This document shows positions 39,234 to 48,778 of a stretch of DNA of 64,000 nucleotides, in pieces. The number at the start of each line of letters is the position of its first letter. The stretch's first letter is position 1. This DNA comes from a bacterium. Lineage in GTDB: Bacteria; UBA8248. The stretch is taken from the NCBI GenBank assembly GCA_965207065.1, contig OZ242260.1, positions 192,001 to 256,000 on the forward strand. Direction: 5' to 3'. Under the pieces are notes generated by a model, which had not been told where the DNA came from, ran no database searches, and was given only the letters and a program-made list of their open reading frames with translations. A program made the translations under genes and the position numbers.

Positions 39234-39490
39234 TTTTCCTCTCCCTGATGAAGTGACGTAAAACGTAAAGTCACATGAATCGAACAACCCTCGCTCATCA
39301 AGACACATTTCACTGAGAACAAACCGGCTCGCTGCGTTCTCAATGAGCGCTCTTTTCTGTATGCTTGCGGCTGAATCTTACAGACGGGAGCGTTCCGCTG
39401 TCAATGAAACTTGAGGACTCAAACGAGCGTTTCCGTCTCGATATCCGGAACGACCCGTAAAAACCGTTTTCTTCGACAAGGAGCCGTAAC

Positions 39491-39841
39491 ATGCCGTTTT
39501 ACCGTTGGGACGAAATGAAGCGAAAAAATCTGGCGAGGCCGTCCGATTCAGAGGGCAGCATCATCATCGGCGAGCACGTCACCCTGAACCGTTCGGTGAG
39601 CCAGCCGGGCAAGCTGGCCCGCCCGCATACGCACGACTGCGAGCAGTTGATCAACGTCGTCGAGGGGACGGCCTGGTTCCGGGTGGGCGATGAGGCGAAA
39701 ACCGTCACCGCGGGCGACATCATCCATGTTCCCGAAGGCACCGAGCACGAGTTCAAGAACGATAGCGACGGCGAATTCATCTACCTCTCGTTCAAGAACA
39801 AATCGGAGGGCTGGCCCCCGCCGACCGCGACGATGGACTAG
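39491..39841 (+). CDS. Cupin-domain protein
   Basis: PHTHDCEQ..VVEG and GDIIHVPEGTEH. Confidence 0.9.
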   Translation: MPFYRWDEMKRKNLARPSDSEGSIIIGEHVTLNRSVSQPGKLARPHTHDCEQLINVVEGTAWFRVGDEAKTVTAGDIIHVPEGTEHEFKNDSDGEFIYLSFKNKSEGWPPPTATMD

Positions 39842-40968
39842 CTTCTCGCCTTAAGGCCCGCGTGAAGCTCCTCGGGATCAATGGGCAGCTTCACGACTTC
39901 CTTGCGCTTGGCGGATAGGTCGCACGCCATGCAGAGCATGAGGTTGCGGTGTCCCTCCGCCCCCGTGGCGTGGGGCATGTCCGTTCCCGTATAGACGTGC
40001 GCGAGCCAGGCGATGGACTCATCGCGCATGGGGCCCCAGAACTGCCCTTTGGACATATCTCCCGCCGGGTAGCTCTCGAGCAGGTGTACGTTGCGCTCCT
40101 CCCCCCGGTGGGAGGCCAGCGGGTTCTCGGACGCCATGATGAAATCGGCATGGGTGTCGTCGATGGTGAGCGCGCCGTCGGTTCCCACCACGCTGATGGT
40201 CACGCCGTACGTCGAGGCGGGCCAGATGGTGGGCATCCCCCAGTTGCACTCCATGCTCCAGATGGTCCCGTCGTCGAAGGTGAAGATGCTGAAGGTGGCG
40301 TCCTGCGTGCCGATGCCCGTCATCACGCGCGAGATGGAGCGCGAGACGACCTCGACGGGCTGCTTCTCAGGCCCCATCACGAACAGCATGACGTCCAGCG
40401 CATGGGTGCCGGAGATCACCATGGGCGTGAGCATGGAGCGGTCCTCGTTCTTGGACAGCCGCGTGATGCCGACCTGGCGGTTCAGCAGCGCGCGCGTCGT
40501 CGCGGAGGTCACCTCGCCCAATACCCCCGACTGCACGTGCTCGCGCGCCGTGAGCCAGCGCCTCCTGAAGCGCTGGGTGTAGCCCACGAGCAACTCCACG
40601 CCCGCAGCCTCCGCCGCCTCCACGATTTTCGCCGATTCCACCACGCTCGTGGCCAGCGGTTTTTCCACTAGTATTTTGTGGCCCTGCGCTATCGATTCCC
40701 AGAGCGGCTTCGCGTGCCATTCCTCATCCGTGGCGATGATGACGGCGTTTACCTCGGGACGCTTAATGAGTTCGGCGAAATCGGTCGTGAAAAAATCGGC
40801 CCCGAACTCCTCGGCCATGGCCTTTCCTTTTTTCTCGTCGATGTCGCAGCAGCCCAGCCACTCCGTGCCCGGATACTCCCTGGCGCAGCGCGCGCGAATG
40901 CGCCCCACCCGCCCGCAGCCGACTATCGCCAGACCAATCGGATTCTTCTCACCTCCCAAAGCCGCCAT
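39838..40968 (-). CDS. Gfo/Idh/MocA family oxidoreductase (paralog 2)
   Basis: IVGCGRVG, LVEKPLA, GYTQRF and SGTHALD. Confidence 0.92.
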   Translation of the reverse strand: MAALGGEKNPIGLAIVGCGRVGRIRARCAREYPGTEWLGCCDIDEKKGKAMAEEFGADFFTTDFAELIKRPEVNAVIIATDEEWHAKPLWESIAQGHKILVEKPLATSVVESAKIVEAAEAAGVELLVGYTQRFRRRWLTAREHVQSGVLGEVTSATTRALLNRQVGITRLSKNEDRSMLTPMVISGTHALDVMLFVMGPEKQPVEVVSRSISRVMTGIGTQDATFSIFTFDDGTIWSMECNWGMPTIWPASTYGVTISVVGTDGALTIDDTHADFIMASENPLASHRGEERNVHLLESYPAGDMSKGQFWGPMRDESIAWLAHVYTGTDMPHATGAEGHRNLMLCMACDLSAKRKEVVKLPIDPEELHAGLKARS

Positions 40969-41149
40969 CTTCTTCTCCCGTTAAGTCATCGTGACGTAAA
41001 AAATGCGCCGGAGCCCGGCCCGACGCCTTTTGGATTCCCCTTCATACCAGTTTCAGGGAATGGGCGCATCTTTAGTACGAGCCTTTGTAAGGAGCGATAT
41101 TCCGACGATGGGAGGACTTGCGCCTTCGCAACAAACAGGAAATCTCGCC

Positions 41150-41267
41150 GTAGGGACAGGTCGCGACCTGTCCTTACGAGGCTGTGCGGCTTCGTTCGTA
41201 ATCCCGGCGAAAGGCGAAATTACGGCGCTGGTCAATTCCGAGCGAGGAGGGGTTTTTCAACAACCTC
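41150..41267. repeat. REP hairpin plus right-end IR (element I)
   Basis: GTAGGGACAGGTCGCGACCTGTCCTTAC (inverted copy at ~57265-57292); end TCCGAGCGAGGAGGGGTTTTTCAACAACCTC matches 55261-55291. Confidence 0.7.
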
Positions 41268-41360
41268 GAAAAAGGAGCGTTTGACGAGCGAGGACAGGGA
41301 TTTGTAGATGCGGACCTGACGGCCTCATCCTTGAGAGAACCTGCGGGGAGCGGCGTCCGC

Positions 41361-42476
41361 CTATTCAAAATCCTCAGGCTGAACCGGAAGCGATACCGCC
41401 CTTCCGGTTTTGGCCGATTGATCCATCGCCAGGCACAGCATCAAGTTCTCGTGCGCTTCGCGCGCGGTGGTGTGCGGCGTTTGGACACCCAGATATATCC
41501 TGTCGAACCACGAGCGCGTCTCCTCGCGCATGGGCCCCCAGAGCTGGTCGAACACCAGGTCCCCCGGCGGATAGCTGGTGAGAAAACTCACGTTGCGCTC
41601 CTGCTTCAGACGCGAGGATTCGTGCGGCTCCGCGGTGGCGAAGACGATGTCGCGGTGCGTGTCGTCTATCGTGAGCACGCCCCCCGTCCCCACGACCCCC
41701 AGTTCGAGCGAATAGACCTCCGCCGGCCAGACGCGCGGCAGCGCCCAGCTCACGTTCATGCTCCATATCGTCCCGTCCTCATAGGTGACGATGGCGAACG
41801 TGGAATCTTTCGTGAGGTATGGCGCCATCGCCTTGTCCACAGAGCGCGCGTAGACCTCGACGGGACGATGCCCCTCCAGGAGCCAGGAACACAAGTCCAC
41901 GCTGTGGGTGCCGGAGATGACCATGGGGGTGAACTTCGTCGGGAACTCGGTTTTGGTGGAATTCGCCACCGGGTTCATGCGGTTCAGGAAGGCGCGGCCC
42001 GTCACGGAGGAGACGTCGCCCAACTCGCCCGAGCGAATCTTCTCCTTCGCCACCAGAAAACGTCGGCGGAACCGCTGCGTATAGCCCAGAACGGCGTCGA
42101 TACCTGCGTCGTCGACCGCGCGCACCAGCCTCGCGGATACGTCGGCGTCCACCGCCAGGGGTTTTTCGACCAGCATCCGGTGGCCTCGCTCCACGCCGAT
42201 GAGGATGGGCTCCAGCCGCTCGTTCGCGTAGGTGGCCAGAACGGTGGCGTTCACCTCATCGCGCTTCAAGAGTTCGCGGTAATCGGTGGTGAAAAAATCG
42301 GCCTGGACGTCTTCGGCCAGTTTTCGGCCCACCTTCTCGTCGATATCGCACAGACCCATCCATTCGACCGCCGCGTTCTGGCGCGCGAACTCCGCTCGGA
42401 TGCGCCCGATCTTACCGCATCCCACCACCGCGAGGCCGATGGGCTTTCTCGCATTAACCGATACGTTCATGAACAT
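41361..42476 (-). CDS. Gfo/Idh/MocA family oxidoreductase (paralog 1)
   Basis: VVGCGKIG, LVEKPLA, GYTQRF and SGTHSVD. Confidence 0.92.
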   Translation of the reverse strand: MFMNVSVNARKPIGLAVVGCGKIGRIRAEFARQNAAVEWMGLCDIDEKVGRKLAEDVQADFFTTDYRELLKRDEVNATVLATYANERLEPILIGVERGHRMLVEKPLAVDADVSARLVRAVDDAGIDAVLGYTQRFRRRFLVAKEKIRSGELGDVSSVTGRAFLNRMNPVANSTKTEFPTKFTPMVISGTHSVDLCSWLLEGHRPVEVYARSVDKAMAPYLTKDSTFAIVTYEDGTIWSMNVSWALPRVWPAEVYSLELGVVGTGGVLTIDDTHRDIVFATAEPHESSRLKQERNVSFLTSYPPGDLVFDQLWGPMREETRSWFDRIYLGVQTPHTTAREAHENLMLCLAMDQSAKTGRAVSLPVQPEDFE

Positions 42477-42555
42477 CCCTTTGATTGGAGAGCGTTAATT
42501 CAAAACGGGCGCATCTTCCCACCCGGGCCCTTCGCGGCGCAAGCTGGGGTTCGAT

Positions 42556-42882
42556 TCAAACCGGGACGCGGTAGATACCCGGTTGCAACTCTCCAGAAAG
42601 AGTTGCGATTACTTCAGAGACGAGGGGCTGTAGCTCCTGTAACCGGTTTCTGGAGGCGATCATGATGATGACGGGAATCGCCAGTTCGGAGAGGTTCTGT
42701 TGGTATTCGATCCCCTGATCCACCGTGATGAAAGCGTCGAATCCACTCTCGGCCGCCATGCGCAACAAATCACCGTTCTTGCTACCCGCCCAGTCCATCT
42801 GCTGGACCGTGCGCACTTCGAATGAACCAGAGAATAACGAACCGAGCCGCCTGGGAACCGACTCGTCAAGCAGCAGTTTCAT
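42556..42882 (-). CDS. DUF5615 PIN-like toxin
   Basis: MKLLLDESVP, WAGSKNGDLL and FITVDQGIEYQQNL. Confidence 0.88.
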   Translation of the reverse strand: MKLLLDESVPRRLGSLFSGSFEVRTVQQMDWAGSKNGDLLRMAAESGFDAFITVDQGIEYQQNLSELAIPVIIMIASRNRLQELQPLVSEVIATLSGELQPGIYRVPV

Positions 42883-43090
42883 CGGCGCCGCTGGTGAGCA
42901 TCCCCTTCGCGCGTTCGAGCGCTCCGAGCGCCTGCTCTCGCGACACCGTCGGGAAGTCTTCCAGAAAATCGTCGAGCCTGTCGCCTGCTTCGAGATGCTC
43001 CATCAGAGTGCGCACAGGGACCCTAGTGCCTGCGAATACCGGAGTTCCTCCGAGGATATCCGGGTTTCTCTCGATAAGCGTATCGGACAT
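42866..43090 (-). CDS. DUF433 antitoxin
   Basis: PDILGGTPVFAGTRVPV..FLEDFPTVSREQ. Confidence 0.9.
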   Translation of the reverse strand: MSDTLIERNPDILGGTPVFAGTRVPVRTLMEHLEAGDRLDDFLEDFPTVSREQALGALERAKGMLTSGADETAA

Positions 43091-43298
43091 CGCACACTCC
43101 TTGAACACGGCGCAATAGTGAGAATCAAAGGCGCTCACAGTTTCTATTCTTCACCAAACCACCTTCCTGCACAACTCACGATAAAGAACGGCATCAAGCG
43201 CAAGCTGGGGCATAAAGACCGCCGCGGTTCCAATAATTCGCGTTTCATCGGAAAATGGGACATTCTCATGAAACCTGAATACCAAAAGGAGTGATACC

Positions 43299-43949
43299 GT
43301 GTCCCGCGTACCCATGCTTGAATCAGGCGCCGACGACCCCGTTGTGAACCACCTCTTCGACCATGCGGGCGTCCTGCTGAACCGAATCCCGAACGCCTGG
43401 CGCGTGATGGCGAACCAGCCGTTCATCACGAAGTTCATGCTGCCGCTCACCTCGTCTCTCCTGCGCCAGGGCCTCGGTTCGGCCCTCGACACCAGGACGA
43501 AGGAACTCGCCATCATCAACACCAGCCGTCTCAACAACTGCGCCTACTGACTGGCGCACAACACGCCGGTTGGTCAATCGGTGGGCATCACGGAGGCAGA
43601 TATCGCCGCCATCAGCGCGGGCGATTACAGTTCCTTCACCGAAAAAGAGCGCGCCGTCCTGCTCTGGGCGGAGCACGTCACGCTCAATACGGCCAGGGAG
43701 CGGGACGACGTATTCGAGGAGGTAAAGCAACATTTCGACGACACGGAAATCGTGGAACTCACCATGGTCATCACCTACTTCAACATGAGAAACAAGTTCA
43801 ACGACGCGCTGGGGATTCCCATCGAGGCGCAGGATGAGATCGACAGGAACAAGATCCGCCGCAAGAACCCCGATGATCTCAAGGCCTATCTCGAAGCCCT
43901 GCTCGCCGACTGGCCGGATGAATTCCCCGAGGCGGGAAGCCGCGCATGA
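43299..43949 (+). CDS. AhpD/carboxymuconolactone-decarboxylase family selenoprotein (CxxU; UGA at 43548-43550), 216 aa
   Basis: ORFs 43299-43550 and 43581-43949 are in one frame separated only by TGA, which falls at the second Cys of the motif SRLNNCAY*LAHN (family CxxCxxH); SECIS-like hairpin follows. Confidence 0.85.
43565..43582 (+). promoter_or_regulatory. Putative bacterial SECIS element
   Basis: GCCGGTT-GGTC-AATCGGT, a 7-bp stem with G-U pairs; apical loop starts with G 22 nt after the UGA. Confidence 0.65.
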
Positions 43950-45292
43950 CGAAAACCCTCATCCGAAACGCTGCGATTCTCTCGATGGACCCCGAGGTCG
44001 GGGAGATCGAGTGCGGCGACGTCTTGATCGAGGGTGCGCAAATTTCCGCGGTCGGCGAGAGTCTCCCGGTAGCCGATTCAGAGACCATCGACGCGGCCGG
44101 CATGATCCTCCTGCCCGGCCTCATCAACGCCCACATGCACACCTGGCAGACCGCGATTCGAGGCCTGGGCGGAGACTGGGGCGGGCGCAGCTATTTCGAA
44201 ATTGCGCATGAGACCATGGCTCCGCGCTACCGGCCCGAGGACGTCTACATCGCGACACTTGTGGGCGCGTGGTCGCAGATTGACGCCGGAACGACGACGC
44301 TTTTCGACTGGTGCCACAACAACCCCACGCCCGAGCACACCGACGCAGGAATCGACGCTCTTGAAGAGTCCGGCATCCGCGCCCTTTTCGGGCACGGCAC
44401 GCCCAAGCCGAAACCCAGAACGGGCGAGCCTCATTATTCGCTAATCCCGCATCCGGTGAGCGAGATAAAACGGTTGCGGACGGGCCGCCTGGCCTCTGAC
44501 GAAGGCCGCATAACTCTGGCGATGGCCATTCTGGGCGCCGATTATTCTCCCCTCGAAGTGGCGCTTCACGACATGCGCCTGGCGCGCGAATACGGGCTCC
44601 TGTCGAGCGCGCACATCTGGGGCGACGCGAGCAGGAAGGTGCAGGGCGGGTACCACATACTTGCAAAAGAGGGCGTTCTGGGTCCCGACCACAACCTCGT
44701 GCACTGCAACTACGTGGGCGATGAGGAGTTGAAGATCATCATCGACTCGGGCGCATCCGTCACCGCCACGCCCTCCGCCGAGATGCAGACGAACCGGGGC
44801 GAGGCCGTCTGCGGGCGCGTGAGCGCGCTTGGCGGCAGGCCGTCCCTCGGTGTGGATCTCGAGACCTACGTCAGCGGGAACATGCTCCACGCCATGCGCC
44901 ACGCTCTTCAGGTCCAGCGGATTTTCGATAACCGCCGCCTGGACGAGAGCACCTATCGCGCGCCTGCCCTTTCATTCTCGGCGCGCGACGCGCTCGCGTG
45001 GGCCACCATCAACAACGCGCACTCCATGGGCATGGCGGAGAGAATCGGCTCCATAACGCCCTGGAAGCAGGCCGACCTCATACTCATCCGAAAAGAAGAT
45101 ATTAATATGACGCCCGCCGGAGACCCGGCCCGCGCCGTCGTCTTCTATGCGGAACGCTCGAACGTGGATACCGTCTTCATCGCAGGGGCAAAAGTGAAAG
45201 CGGGCGGAAAGCTGCTCGTGGATTCAGGTAAAATCGACCGGGCGAAGGAGCAGCTTACAGAATCCGCGCGTTGGATTACTGAATCGCCTTGA
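43946..45292 (+). CDS. Metal-dependent amidohydrolase (deaminase/AtzA-like)
   Basis: LPGLINAHMHTWQ, SAHIW, LVHCN, LGVD and GSITPWKQADLILI; ATGA overlap with the selenoprotein gene. Confidence 0.92.
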   Translation: MTKTLIRNAAILSMDPEVGEIECGDVLIEGAQISAVGESLPVADSETIDAAGMILLPGLINAHMHTWQTAIRGLGGDWGGRSYFEIAHETMAPRYRPEDVYIATLVGAWSQIDAGTTTLFDWCHNNPTPEHTDAGIDALEESGIRALFGHGTPKPKPRTGEPHYSLIPHPVSEIKRLRTGRLASDEGRITLAMAILGADYSPLEVALHDMRLAREYGLLSSAHIWGDASRKVQGGYHILAKEGVLGPDHNLVHCNYVGDEELKIIIDSGASVTATPSAEMQTNRGEAVCGRVSALGGRPSLGVDLETYVSGNMLHAMRHALQVQRIFDNRRLDESTYRAPALSFSARDALAWATINNAHSMGMAERIGSITPWKQADLILIRKEDINMTPAGDPARAVVFYAERSNVDTVFIAGAKVKAGGKLLVDSGKIDRAKEQLTESARWITESP

Positions 45293-45456
45293 AGTAGAAG
45301 TTGTTGGCAATTCCGGACTCAATTCCGACGAATCAGGCATTGCCGAATGAGGCTTGAGGTGGGTGGGTAAAAACATCAACACAATTGATTCTCGCCAGGG
45401 AATAACCGCCCGGACCACGGACAATAACGCATGGCGCGTCACGTGGTTTAAGTGGA

Positions 45457-45684
45457 TTATTCCCGGAGAGAGGACGAATCGGGATCAAGCGGCGTCGCCT
45501 GATTCGCTTCCTCGCCTTTGAGAACAGCGCCGCGCATGGCCTCTACTTTCGTCTCGTGCTCTTCGAGTAGCCGAAGCCCGGCGCGCACCACGTCGCTTGC
45601 CGAGTTGTAGCGCCCCGATTTAACCCGCTTGCTGATGAAAGCCATAAAATGATCCCCGAGCGAAACCGATGTATTCCGTGGCAT
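45457..45684 (-). CDS. parD: ParD-family antitoxin (orphan; C-terminus looks eroded)
   Basis: MPRNTSVSLGDHF..SGRYNSASDVVRAGLRLLEEHE; no ParE ORF downstream. Confidence 0.85.
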   Translation of the reverse strand: MPRNTSVSLGDHFMAFISKRVKSGRYNSASDVVRAGLRLLEEHETKVEAMRGAVLKGEEANQATPLDPDSSSLRE

Positions 45685-46666
45685 GAGAACCTCCCTTACA
45701 GGCGCAATGGCGTAGCATATTGTAAAAACTGAGCGTCCCAACCTGCGATACGAATGACCGCTTCAGCGCATCAACCCAAATTATCGATAAGGCGTGGTAG
45801 CCCTCGCGCCACGAGACATGATTCGGGAATCATCAAGCAGGCTTACGAAACCGCCCCTCGTGGCAAACAGTGTCGGTGTGCTCGTTGCCAGGATGGAGTC
45901 GCATGTATCCAGCTATCCAGTCCTGGCCTACGGTATTCGGGGTTGGCCAATTCCTTCCCCGTGGTAATTCTTCTGCGTCGCAACATTCTTGAAACCAGAA
46001 TACCAAGTTTAGCGGAGAAATTCCACTCCACCATTCATGGTTAGTTGACCCGAAGAGGATTGCGTAGGATCGATCCTCCGCGCACATCCTGAACACGGAG
46101 GTGCGGTCCGTGAGCAGGTCGTACATTGGGAGACTGACGCAGAGGCCGACCCTACGCAATGCTCATTTCGTCATGCCCCGCTCTTCAAGGCGGGGGTTTG
46201 CTTGTTCCTCGCTTTCGCCTGAGATTGTTTCGCCGAATCTCAGGATATTGAAACCCTGGTTTCCTGACAGTGCGGGCCCCATATATCCCTGTTGACCCAC
46301 AATTACTGAAATACCAATCATAATCATTAAAATACCAATCGAATTACATTACTTCAAGTTGAATAAATTTATAAATCCAGGAGCCCTGATCCTCACTCCT
46401 CCTCTTGCCACCGCCCGTACGCTTCCGCATGCGCGCAACACTCGTTACGCCTTAGCACACGCGTTTCATCTATCGGAGTATTGGGATGACGCCAGACCAG
46501 AAGTATGGCCCGGCAGGCTCAGCGGAGAATCACGGAAACGCTCCCACGCGAAAGTGGCGAGAAATTCCCGCAAGTCATCCAAATTCCAAAGAAATGATTC
46601 CATGGGTACTTCAGCGAAGCTGCCGGATCAAAGGGCGTGAAACCCTTTAACTTCCATATTCAATAG

Positions 46667-46960
46667 TCAGCCCCCGTTGTTGCGCGCACCGCTCCTGCGT
46701 CCATCGCTACTACGACCACTGCGCCAGCGGGTGATGTGGATGACCAGAACGACGAGGGCGTCGTCCTGCACTTCGTAAATCACCCGGTATTCACCCACGA
46801 GGAGCCGCCTGAGCCCCCGTGCATCCCCCTTGAGCGCGTGGCCCAGCAATGGCTGCTCCGCCAGTCGGTCGATGGCCTCTGCAATTCGCTTGCGATCCGC
46901 AATATCGAGGCGTTCCAACTCCCTGGCAGCGCTTTGTTTAATTTGTATCGAGAAATTCAC
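46667..46960 (-). CDS. relE: RelE/ParE-family toxin (aberrant C-terminus)
   Basis: AARELERLD, LKGDARGLRRLLVGEYRVIYEVQD. Confidence 0.82.
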   Translation of the reverse strand: MNFSIQIKQSAARELERLDIADRKRIAEAIDRLAEQPLLGHALKGDARGLRRLLVGEYRVIYEVQDDALVVLVIHITRWRSGRSSDGRRSGARNNGG

Positions 46961-47159
46961 GCCTTACCTGATCCCAGTCGAGCACCGGATCGTTCGGGTC
47001 GCGCAGCCGATCCACGGCTACCGAAAGATCGTCAAATTCTTCTAGATAACGCTCGATCGCCTGCCGGATAATTTCAGCTCGGCTCCGTTTGAGTCGGTTC
47101 GCCGCCTCATCCAGCGCATCGACCACCTCATTCGGCAAACGTGCGGTTATTTGAGTCAT
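46938..47159 (-). CDS. Ribbon-helix-helix (CopG/RelB-like) antitoxin
   Basis: QITARLP..LDEAA..RSRAEIIRQAIERYLEEFDDL; overlaps the toxin start. Confidence 0.88.
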   Translation of the reverse strand: MTQITARLPNEVVDALDEAANRLKRSRAEIIRQAIERYLEEFDDLSVAVDRLRDPNDPVLDWDQVRREFLDTN

Positions 47160-47259
47160 AATGAGTCCACCTCACTGTGATGTCAAATACATTACAACTT
47201 AGCGGCCTTGGAGTCAACAAAAAAATGCGATCACTCCATCATCCTACCACCCCACCACT

Positions 47260-48723
47260 TTAATACCCATCATCCGCGTAATCGCCCGGCGTAGGCGTAG
47301 CGCCGATTTTTGCGGTTTCGATAACGTGGTCGCGTCCGCCGAGCCGTTCGATGAGAGCCGCCTGATCGCGCTTGGCGCGCGCATCCACCTCTATCGGGTC
47401 AATAAAAACACGCAAGTCGCTTTCGAATTCACGGATTACCGCCTCCCTGCCGGGTTTTCCTGCGAGGTCGTCCTGCTCCTCGGGATCCGTTTCCAGGTCA
47501 TATAACTCAGGCGGGTAGCCCACGTAGTAGATGAATTTCTTCTTGCCCTTCCGGATGAGGTAGGCCGCCGTCTCCGCGCCCGAAGCGTGGTATTCGCTGA
47601 ATACCGCCCGTTCGGGGTCAAAAGGCGCGCGCGCGATCTCATACAGTGAACGGCCCGTGCGGGTCTTGTCATTATCATCTGGTGCAACGCCCACGGATTC
47701 GAGGATGGTGGGATAAAAATCGAGCAGCGATACGGGCGTCTCGACCACAGCGCCCGCCTCGACGTCCGGCCCGGCCATCATGAGCGGCACGGCGGCCGAT
47801 TCCTCGTACATCGTGCCCTTGCCCCAGGTTCCCCGCGCGCCCAGGTTCTCGCCGTGATCACTCGCGAAGACGACGCGGGTGGATTCCGCGAGACCCGAGC
47901 GATCGAGACTTTCCAGCACATGGCCCACCAGATCGTCCAGAAACGTGCAAAGCCCGAAGTATGAGGCGATGGCGACCCGCCTTTTCTCGTCGTCGAAAAA
48001 ACTGTCAGACGGCACGTATTTGCGGTACGCCTCTATCCACGGATGCCGGGGGCGTCCATCCAGCGCATGGGCCTTGGGCATGGGCACGGCGTCGGTCGGA
48101 TACATCTCGAAATACTTCTTCGGCGCCATCAGGGGGAAATGCGGCGAGACGAAGGAGACGAAGGTCATCCAGGGTTTCCGGCCGTCACAATATTGTTCCG
48201 CCTCGTTCTCCAGCCACGAGCAGGCTTTTTCGGCGATGTCCAGGTCGTAGTTCGAATAGCTCGTCTCGCCCGGACCGATCTCGCGCGCGAGCTTATCCGC
48301 CTTCTGGACGATCAATTCATCCCGGATGGAGCCGAGCACGCTGCCCACGCCGCCGTCACGCGCGTGCATGGGCAAGATTTGCTCATCGAATCCGGTGGGG
48401 TCGTTGATGTTCCTGTAATGGAGCTTGCCGATGGAGGTGACGCGGTGGCCCTCGGCTTGCAAGCGATGCCCCCAACCGGTGGGTTCGCCCGTATAAGGGC
48501 TCGCGTTGTCCCAACAGCCGATCTCGTGCACGTAGCGGCCCGTGGCGAAACTCGCCCGCGCGGCCGTGCAGATCGGGGAATTCGTATAGGCGCTCGTAAA
48601 CCGCGCGCCCGAGGCCGCCAAACGGTCGATGTTCGGGGTTTTCACCATCGGGTGTCCGTAGCAGCCGAGCGTTCTGACGCTCAATTCATCCGCCATGATG
48701 ACGAGCAAATTCATCGGTTTCAT
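47260..48723 (-). CDS. Sulfatase (choline-sulfatase-like)
   Basis: NLLVIMADE, TPNIDRLA, SPICTAARASFATG, IGKLH and SDHGENLG. Confidence 0.92.
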   Translation of the reverse strand: MKPMNLLVIMADELSVRTLGCYGHPMVKTPNIDRLAASGARFTSAYTNSPICTAARASFATGRYVHEIGCWDNASPYTGEPTGWGHRLQAEGHRVTSIGKLHYRNINDPTGFDEQILPMHARDGGVGSVLGSIRDELIVQKADKLAREIGPGETSYSNYDLDIAEKACSWLENEAEQYCDGRKPWMTFVSFVSPHFPLMAPKKYFEMYPTDAVPMPKAHALDGRPRHPWIEAYRKYVPSDSFFDDEKRRVAIASYFGLCTFLDDLVGHVLESLDRSGLAESTRVVFASDHGENLGARGTWGKGTMYEESAAVPLMMAGPDVEAGAVVETPVSLLDFYPTILESVGVAPDDNDKTRTGRSLYEIARAPFDPERAVFSEYHASGAETAAYLIRKGKKKFIYYVGYPPELYDLETDPEEQDDLAGKPGREAVIREFESDLRVFIDPIEVDARAKRDQAALIERLGGRDHVIETAKIGATPTPGDYADDGY

Positions 48724-48778
48724 CGCAAAATATCTCTCATTGAATGGGGAATATGAAGGAGGAACGCAGCGCTTCGCC

